Origin: a bacterium
GTDB lineage: Bacteria; Electryoneota; RPQS01; DYHQ01
Direction: 5' to 3'
NCBI GenBank assembly: GCA_030622545.1
Contig: JAUXGA010000009.1
Span: forward strand, 42,203-106,202
Length of the DNA: 64,000 nt
Positions within the stretch are counted from its first letter, which is position 1. Each line of letters starts with the position of its first letter. Positions 57,807 to 64,000 of this stretch are shown here, in pieces. The notes under the pieces are model-generated. The model was not told the DNA's origin and searched no databases. It saw only the letters and a program-made list of their open reading frames with translations. A program made the translations under genes and the position numbers.

Positions 57807-60115
57807 GGCTGCTCCTTTGTCAGACTCGTGCGCTGATTCTTGCGCCGGAGTTGTTTACCAAGCAGCACTCGTTCCAGCGAAGCGGGGAGCTCTCGAATGC
57901 GGCGACCGGTTGCGTTAAAAATCGCGTTCACAATTGCGGGCGCACAAATTTCCGTGGCCGGTTCTCCGAGCGATTTCGCGCCGATAAGACTGAGGGAATC
58001 GGGATGTTCCAGAAACGAAAGGTGAATTTGCGGCGCGTCCAAAGCGGTCGCCAGTGTGTACTCATCGAAATTCCGAAGCTGCGGGATGCCCTGCTCTTGA
58101 TGGTATTCCTCGAACAAACCATAACCCTGCCCCATCACCACACCGCCGTAAACCTGCCCGCAAGCCTGCGGATAGCTGACGATTTTGCCGACTTCGTGGC
58201 ACGCCCAAACATCAAGAACGCGCACCTGTCCGGTTTCGGTATCCACTTCGACTTCCGCCGCGTTCGCTCCATAAACAAACGCGAAATACGCAGTGCCTTG
58301 ACCGTGCTCTTCATGCCATGTAGTTTTCGGCGCTTTGAACCATCCGACAGCCATCAGCGGCACAGCGTGCGCGAAAGCTTTATCGGCGAGTTCGCCGAAG
58401 TCTATCACACGTTTATTGCCTCGCCAGAGAGCGCTGTCTTTCAAATGAAAGTCATCGACGTTCCCACCATAGAGTTGCGCCGCGAGATGGAACAGGCGAT
58501 TCTTTAATGTGATGCAGGCGTCGTACGCCGCATTTCCCCCCATGATAGTGCCGCGCGATGCAACCGTCGGGCCGGAATCGGGTACGCGGTCCGTATCGGT
58601 ATTGAGGAATTTGATGTGCGAGAGTGAAATGGCAAATTCTTCGGCGACGATAACGCTCAAAGCTGTCTGCGAGCCTTGCCCCATATCAGTGATACCTGAC
58701 GCAACAATCACCGAGCCATCGGTTTGAATCGCGACGAGCGTTCCGGCGGCGTCAGTGCCTTCTGCACCGAGTGAAACACCGCGGTAACTGCACGCCAGAC
58801 CAATCCCGCGCTTGACGGGGCTTTTTTTATTTGCGCGATACTGTGCCCACTTCTTTTCAAAATCACTTTCGCGTGCCACATTCTCAAGCGCTTCGATAAG
58901 CGTGACTTTGCCGGGGAGTTTTTGTCCGGTGGGAGTTGTGTCGCCGTCGCGGTACGCGTTTCGTCGGCGAATTTCGAGCGGACTTAGTTGCGTTTCTTCG
59001 GCCAATTCATCCATGAGCGATTCGATAGCGAAGTTCACTTGAGGCGAACCGAAACCGCGCATCGCGCCGGTGTAGTTGTTGTTGGTGAATGCGGCACGAA
59101 CTCGCGCGCGCACCCACGGCACGCGGTAAGGTCCGGCGGCTTGTACTGCTGAACGCCAGGTGACGAACTGGCTCGTCGATGCATACGCACCGCCATCGGC
59201 GATAAAATCCGCTTGAATGGATTTCAGATATCCGTCTTTGTCGGCGCCGAGTCGGTAGCTGAGTTTGTAGGGATGGCGTTTGTAGGATTCGATGAAAGAT
59301 TCCTCACGAGAGTTCACCATCTTGACCGGGCGGTTCGTCGCGAGTGCAAGCAGAGCGGCGCGACAGGACAGAAGCGTCATGACTTCATCTTTGCCGCCGA
59401 ATGAGCCTCCTAAAGTCGCCTGAATAATCTGCACCTTTGCAAGTGGAAAGTCTAACACCGCTGCAACCGAGCGTCGTGTCGAAAAAAGATTTTGCACGGA
59501 GCCCTTGATGACAACGCCTCCGTGTTCCGCAGGCCACGCAACAACCGCTTCCGGTTCGAGGTAAGAATGTTCGATATGTTGAGTGCGGTAGGTGTGCAAA
59601 AGATTGATGGCGGTATCAGGTGTTTCACCCTCGCCATGATGAACGGTGTGTTCAAAAAGCAGATTCGAATTCTCATGCACAAGCGGCGCGTCGGATACGA
59701 GAGCTTCTTCCGGTGAAAAAACCGCCGGAAGTTCTTCGAGCTCGACGTTGATTTGTTCGGCAGCGAATTGAGCTTGTTCTGGTGTTTCCGCCGCGACGAG
59801 CGCCAACCCATCACCGTAAAATCGCACTTTGTCGTCGGCAAGCACGCGCTGATGCGGTACGATAATCCCGAAGCCATGCGCTCCGGGTATATCATTCGCT
59901 GTCAGAACTGCGTGTACGCCTTTACACTTGCGTGCTTCATCTGTGCGAATGTGGAGCACCTTTGCATGCGGAACATGAGCACGCTTGACCGCGCCATAGA
60001 GGAGATGGCCGGGCATCTGGTCGGCTGCGAAAACAGCTTTACCGGTGACTTTACCGACGCCGTCAACGCGGCGGTTTTTAGGATGGGATTTCAATTTATT
60101 CTGCTTGATCCTCAT
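57803..60115 (-). CDS. Xanthine dehydrogenase family molybdopterin-binding subunit
   Basis: KVTG, GGSFGGK, MRGFGSPQ, MGQG, TVASR, AKSLGEP; start may be TTG at 60094. Confidence 0.93.
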   Translation of the reverse strand: MRIKQNKLKSHPKNRRVDGVGKVTGKAVFAADQMPGHLLYGAVKRAHVPHAKVLHIRTDEARKCKGVHAVLTANDIPGAHGFGIIVPHQRVLADDKVRFYGDGLALVAAETPEQAQFAAEQINVELEELPAVFSPEEALVSDAPLVHENSNLLFEHTVHHGEGETPDTAINLLHTYRTQHIEHSYLEPEAVVAWPAEHGGVVIKGSVQNLFSTRRSVAAVLDFPLAKVQIIQATLGGSFGGKDEVMTLLSCRAALLALATNRPVKMVNSREESFIESYKRHPYKLSYRLGADKDGYLKSIQADFIADGGAYASTSQFVTWRSAVQAAGPYRVPWVRARVRAAFTNNNYTGAMRGFGSPQVNFAIESLMDELAEETQLSPLEIRRRNAYRDGDTTPTGQKLPGKVTLIEALENVARESDFEKKWAQYRANKKSPVKRGIGLACSYRGVSLGAEGTDAAGTLVAIQTDGSVIVASGITDMGQGSQTALSVIVAEEFAISLSHIKFLNTDTDRVPDSGPTVASRGTIMGGNAAYDACITLKNRLFHLAAQLYGGNVDDFHLKDSALWRGNKRVIDFGELADKAFAHAVPLMAVGWFKAPKTTWHEEHGQGTAYFAFVYGANAAEVEVDTETGQVRVLDVWACHEVGKIVSYPQACGQVYGGVVMGQGYGLFEEYHQEQGIPQLRNFDEYTLATALDAPQIHLSFLEHPDSLSLIGAKSLGEPATEICAPAIVNAIFNATGRRIRELPASLERVLLGKQLRRKNQRTSLTKEQP

Positions 60116-60926
60116 CGATTCTTAAAGAGGATATAATACGTTCTGAATTCTTAAGAATCTCTTCAGCGCCCTCTTTAATAACAGAAACTGTCAAATGTGA
60201 AATTTGATTTCTCAATTTTCGAATAGATTCAATTTGCTCTCTATCTTCTTGTGATATTATTTTATATTCCTGAGCCACCGATAGCATATTCGAAATCTGT
60301 GGCTTAAATTGAATAGATTTTGAATATAGTGCTTTTCGAATTGATAAATCTATGGCCCTGAAACATTCAATAACGACAATATTATAATCCTTATTTTTAA
60401 ACAAACGTTTCGCACTAGGCAATAGTGGACTCTCTTCTTTTGAAAGCTTCTCTATTAAAGATTTTCTTTCTTTCCTGCTCACCTTGCGCCATAAGATGAG
60501 ACTGGCGAGAGCCGTCAGAACTCCCGCGATTGCAGTTGCAATGGAAGTAAGATATGATAAAGAAGCAGGAGAACTGATTATTAATGCAATAAGAGATGCA
60601 ATTATGGTAGCTAAATAGAGAGCAACATATAGTGGAATAATGAGAATAGCCATTACATAAATAAAATTCGTAATATCCTTTATTCGAAAAAATGGCCTCT
60701 CGGATATCAACTCGATACCATAAAGGTAGACTGTTATACCCAACAAACTCGCAAGTATGTAATAGACAAGTTGAATTTCTATTTTAAAACCGAACAACTC
60801 GTAACCGAAGTCACCGACGTCTTCGAGTATTGGACTAAGTGCAAATAAAGCCGCAAGTAACGCGATTGTATATGTAATTCTAAGTTTAGTGAATTCGGTT
60901 ATTTGTGTACCTGTGTTGTATGCCAT
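60096..60926 (-). CDS. AT-rich membrane protein with C-terminal HEPN-like domain
   Basis: Several TM helices, then a helical domain with RKLRNQISH (RNxxxH). Confidence 0.65.
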   Translation of the reverse strand: MAYNTGTQITEFTKLRITYTIALLAALFALSPILEDVGDFGYELFGFKIEIQLVYYILASLLGITVYLYGIELISERPFFRIKDITNFIYVMAILIIPLYVALYLATIIASLIALIISSPASLSYLTSIATAIAGVLTALASLILWRKVSRKERKSLIEKLSKEESPLLPSAKRLFKNKDYNIVVIECFRAIDLSIRKALYSKSIQFKPQISNMLSVAQEYKIISQEDREQIESIRKLRNQISHLTVSVIKEGAEEILKNSERIISSLRIDEDQAE

Positions 60927-60967
60927 TTGTAGCAATCTTTGTAGAATTGTGAAACGTTTGACACAGA

Positions 60968-61807
60968 TTATAGTAAGCTTTTTATTGCTCTTTCCAAGAG
61001 AACACCAGTGACATGCTGGCGGTACTCAGCTGTGGAACGAATGTCGGTAATCGGTGAGACTTCGCGCCGCACGGTTTCTTTCGCTTCCTCGATAAGTTCG
61101 GGCGTAAGCTTTTTGCCTTGCAGCAGCGTTTCTGTTTGAGGAGCGCGAATCACGGTTGGTGCAACAGCGCCGATAGCAATCCGAATCCATTCCACAGCGC
61201 CGTGATGCACTAAGGCTTGCACCGCCAACATGACTTTGGAGATGGCTTGAGCTTTTCGTGGCCCGAGTTTCAAGAACACCCCGCGCTCGCGAGCGTCCGG
61301 CACGGCGAAGTGGATAGCAACGAGTAGTTCCTGCGGTTCGCGAACGCTTGCGCCGGGGGCGAGAAAGAATTCGCGAATAGGAATTTCCCTTTTCCCTTTC
61401 GCGGACTGCAATTCAAGAGTGGTGCCCAATGCGATGAGCGGGGGGATTAAATCACCCGCCGGTGATGCGTTGATGATGTTGCCGCCGATAGTGCCGCGAT
61501 TGCGAATCTGCACGCTTCCAATTTCGCTTGCCGCTGAAGAAAGAACGGGCGCATATTCGTTCAACACTGGGCTCTGCTCGATGTCTGCGTGAGTGGTAAA
61601 ACTACCGATGCGAATGCGGCCGTTTTCTTTGTGAATGCCGGAGAGTTCCTTCAAATTCTCAAGGAGCATCAGCGACGAAAAACGCTCCGGCTCATCCTTG
61701 AGCATCACAAGCAAATCCGTTCCGCCCGCCAGCGGCTGTGGAGGATTTTTCTTCGCGAGAAGCTCGAGCGCTTCTTCAAGGTATTTCGGAGTAAAAATCT
61801 GTGTCAT
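60968..61807 (-). CDS. Xanthine dehydrogenase family FAD-binding subunit
   Basis: LAGGTDL, GSVQIRNRGTIGGN, PITDIRSTAEYR. Confidence 0.93.
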   Translation of the reverse strand: MTQIFTPKYLEEALELLAKKNPPQPLAGGTDLLVMLKDEPERFSSLMLLENLKELSGIHKENGRIRIGSFTTHADIEQSPVLNEYAPVLSSAASEIGSVQIRNRGTIGGNIINASPAGDLIPPLIALGTTLELQSAKGKREIPIREFFLAPGASVREPQELLVAIHFAVPDARERGVFLKLGPRKAQAISKVMLAVQALVHHGAVEWIRIAIGAVAPTVIRAPQTETLLQGKKLTPELIEEAKETVRREVSPITDIRSTAEYRQHVTGVLLERAIKSLL

Positions 61808-62589
61808 AAGTTCTGAGAGCGTTTCACTTCAATCAATTGCGCGACAATCGCTATGGCGATTTCTTCCGGCGTTTCCGCGCTAATTGAAAGCCCGATAGGC
61901 ATGCGGACTTTTTCAATCTGCTGGGATGTATGACCTGCAGCCGCGAGATCTTTTCGGAACAGAGCTGCTTTCTTTCGACTGGCGATAGCGCCGATATAGC
62001 CTGGATTTTTCGGCAGCAGGATTTTCAACAGCTCAAAATCAAGCTCGTGGCGATGCGTCATCAGAATCACGAAATCTTCCGGACGCAATGTCAGTTCTCG
62101 TGCTTGAGTCAAACAATTTCCTCTATGCAGTGCAGCAGCTTCCGGATGACGTTCAGGTGTCAGCAGTTTCGGTCTGTTGTCAAAAATTTCCACTCGAAAG
62201 CCCGCTTGCGAGGCGATAGCTGCGGTTGCTTTTCCGACATGTCCTGCGCCGAAGAGATACAAAACATTGCGAGGACGCATCGGCATGAAGAAGATTTCGA
62301 TTTTACCGCCGCAAATGCTGCCGGTCGGAATGCCTTCCGCGTCTTCATCGAGAGTGAATTTATTCAGGCGCGGCTGTCCATCTTGCAGCGCTTTAAGCGC
62401 CTCTTTGCGAGCTTCTGCTTCGGCGCCTCCTCCACCGACAGTGCCGATGGACGAGCCGTCAGAACGAACCAACATCATCGCGCCGGCTTTGCGCGGTGTC
62501 GAACCTTTTGTTGCGGTGACGACGGCTAGACAGGATCCTTTACCGGATTCTGCTAGTCGTCCGGCTTCTATGAAAATTTCTGAATTCAT
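61804..62589 (-). CDS. XdhC-family molybdenum cofactor insertion accessory protein
   Basis: GSTPRKAGA, GTVGGG, ICGG, FGAGHV, PIGLSISAETPEEIA. Confidence 0.92.
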   Translation of the reverse strand: MNSEIFIEAGRLAESGKGSCLAVVTATKGSTPRKAGAMMLVRSDGSSIGTVGGGGAEAEARKEALKALQDGQPRLNKFTLDEDAEGIPTGSICGGKIEIFFMPMRPRNVLYLFGAGHVGKATAAIASQAGFRVEIFDNRPKLLTPERHPEAAALHRGNCLTQARELTLRPEDFVILMTHRHELDFELLKILLPKNPGYIGAIASRKKAALFRKDLAAAGHTSQQIEKVRMPIGLSISAETPEEIAIAIVAQLIEVKRSQNL

Positions 62590-63056
62590 GATTTTTCACG
62601 CATACGCTTTCCAGCGATGCGAATTCCTTTGACGATTTTGCTGTAGCCTGTGCATCGGCACAGATTCCCGGCGACGGCGCGGCGGATTTCATCTTCATTC
62701 GGCTCGGGATTTTTTTCGAGCAGCGCGGCGCTTGACATCACAAAGCCCGGAGTGCAGAATCCGCATTGTACCGCTCCCGTTTCGATGAACGCTTGTTGGA
62801 CAGGATGTAGTTCGTTTCCTGATTGCACGCCTTCAATGGTTGTGATGTGGCGTCCTTGCACCTGAGCGCAAAGCAACAGACACGAACAAACCGCTTCTCC
62901 GTCCATCAGCACAGTGCATGAGCCGCATTCACCTTTACCGCAACCCTCTTTGGTTCCGATGAGTCCCAAATCTTCGCGCAAGAAATCAATCAAGCGCTTA
63001 TCCGGAGCGACGTCACGCGAGATGGGTTTGCCGTTTAATGTAAAGCTAATCTTCAT
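62586..63056 (-). CDS. Xanthine dehydrogenase family 2Fe-2S subunit
   Basis: GCGKGECGSC, QCGFCTPG, NLCRCTGY. Confidence 0.95.
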   Translation of the reverse strand: MKISFTLNGKPISRDVAPDKRLIDFLREDLGLIGTKEGCGKGECGSCTVLMDGEAVCSCLLLCAQVQGRHITTIEGVQSGNELHPVQQAFIETGAVQCGFCTPGFVMSSAALLEKNPEPNEDEIRRAVAGNLCRCTGYSKIVKGIRIAGKRMREKS

Positions 63057-64000
63057 TCTTGTTTTTCTGATTAAGTGCTGCAAAAACTCGTTCAGGTGTC
63101 AGAGGAAGTTCATTGATGCGCACGCCGACCGCATCCGAGATAGCGTTTGCAATTGCCGGAGCAATACCCATCAAAGGCTGCTCGCCGAAACCTTTCGCAC
63201 CGAAAGGGCCGCCTTCGAACGGAACTTCCACAATAACCGGTTTGATTTCCGGAGTGTCAACAGCGGTCGGAATAATATAGGTGGAGAATTGCGGATTTCG
63301 AATGACGCCGTCTTCACTGAGAATATCTTCCATCAGCGCGTAACCCATCCCCTGAACACTCCCGCCCTCAATCTGACCCTCGACACCGCTTACATTCACC
63401 GCGCGTCCAACATCATGCGCTGCGAAAATACGTTTTACTTCGACGACTCCCGTTTCCGTGTCCACCTCGATATCGACGACATTCGTTGACCACGCATAGG
63501 TGACATACGCATCACCCTGCCCAGTGGATTTGTCGAACGTCGTACCTTCTACGCGGTACCAGCCTTCGGCGGCGAGGTTTTCCCGGCGCTGAAAACATTC
63601 GTCAATCACGTCTTGAAGGGGAATTGTTTTGGAAGGACTCTCGATTTGTCCTTGTGTCAATTTCAATTTATCGGTAGTTGTGTTCAACAGTGGCGCGGCC
63701 ACGGCGAAAAGCGTTTCTCGAATCGGTTTGCATGCGCTTAACAATGCGTTGCCGGACATAGTGGTGGCACGAGACGCGACAGTCGGGCCTGAGTCGGGAA
63801 CGCGGCTGGTGTCCGTGGCGGTCATTTGCACGCGCTCGAACGGAATGCCTAATGCTTCGGCGACGATTTGACCAAGCGCGGTTCGCATGCCTTGTCCCAT
63901 TTCGGTCGTGCCCACGGAAAACACCGCGCTGCCGTCACGAAGAATCTGCACCGTCGCACCCGTTCGCGCTAAATGTTCTCCCCCCGCGCCAAGCCCGACG
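63046..64000 (-). CDS. Xanthine dehydrogenase family molybdopterin-binding subunit (5' end outside window)
   Basis: EMGQG, SGPTVASR, GQIEGG, GPFGAKGFGE. Confidence 0.92.
   Translation of the reverse strand, partial: VGLGAGGEHLARTGATVQILRDGSAVFSVGTTEMGQGMRTALGQIVAEALGIPFERVQMTATDTSRVPDSGPTVASRATTMSGNALLSACKPIRETLFAVAAPLLNTTTDKLKLTQGQIESPSKTIPLQDVIDECFQRRENLAAEGWYRVEGTTFDKSTGQGDAYVTYAWSTNVVDIEVDTETGVVEVKRIFAAHDVGRAVNVSGVEGQIEGGSVQGMGYALMEDILSEDGVIRNPQFSTYIIPTAVDTPEIKPVIVEVPFEGGPFGAKGFGEQPLMGIAPAIANAISDAVGVRINELPLTPERVFAALNQKNKNED

Noticed and set aside
56949-64000. Selenocysteine recoding in the xdh subunits
   Set aside because: The visible ORFs are uninterrupted; no in-frame TGA is needed

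Overview
Chromosomal segment of a GC-moderate diderm bacterium. A type IX secretion (T9SS) C-terminal-domain remnant and gingipain-like C25 peptidases, together with canonical AGGAGG RBSs and TTGACN-17-TATATT promoters, suggest a non-Bacteroidota FCB-type lineage (inference). Contents: secreted proteolysis and amino-acid/purine catabolism (2 C25 peptidases, 2 M14 carboxypeptidases, ggt, tryptophanase, asnA plus a short asparaginase, adenine deaminase, a xanthine-dehydrogenase-family cluster), housekeeping genes (trxB, lpdA, coaD, fbp, tRNA-Leu-tig-clpP-clpX, rsmE), an XRE/ImmA pair, an RsbV/U/W-type module, an octaheme HAO-like cytochrome, and several AT-rich inserts. No integrase, transposase, reverse transcriptase or CRISPR was seen. 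Most notable unexplained signals: (1) about 30 intergenic hairpin repeats starting CGCCGN, most with the form CG-CCG-N(bulge)-8 bp covarying stem-CG(G/C)-AAT, all on the same strand regardless of gene direction and coinciding with local duplication breakpoints; (2) one C-terminal ~70 aa domain ending FYxVx(S/A) shared by all four secreted peptidases in place of a T9SS CTD, a candidate sorting signal; (3) a candidate sRNA upstream of trxB, a PdxJ-like protein lacking the catalytic residues, and a TM-HEPN gene inside the xdh operon. All calls are by-eye motif recognition; no searches were run.
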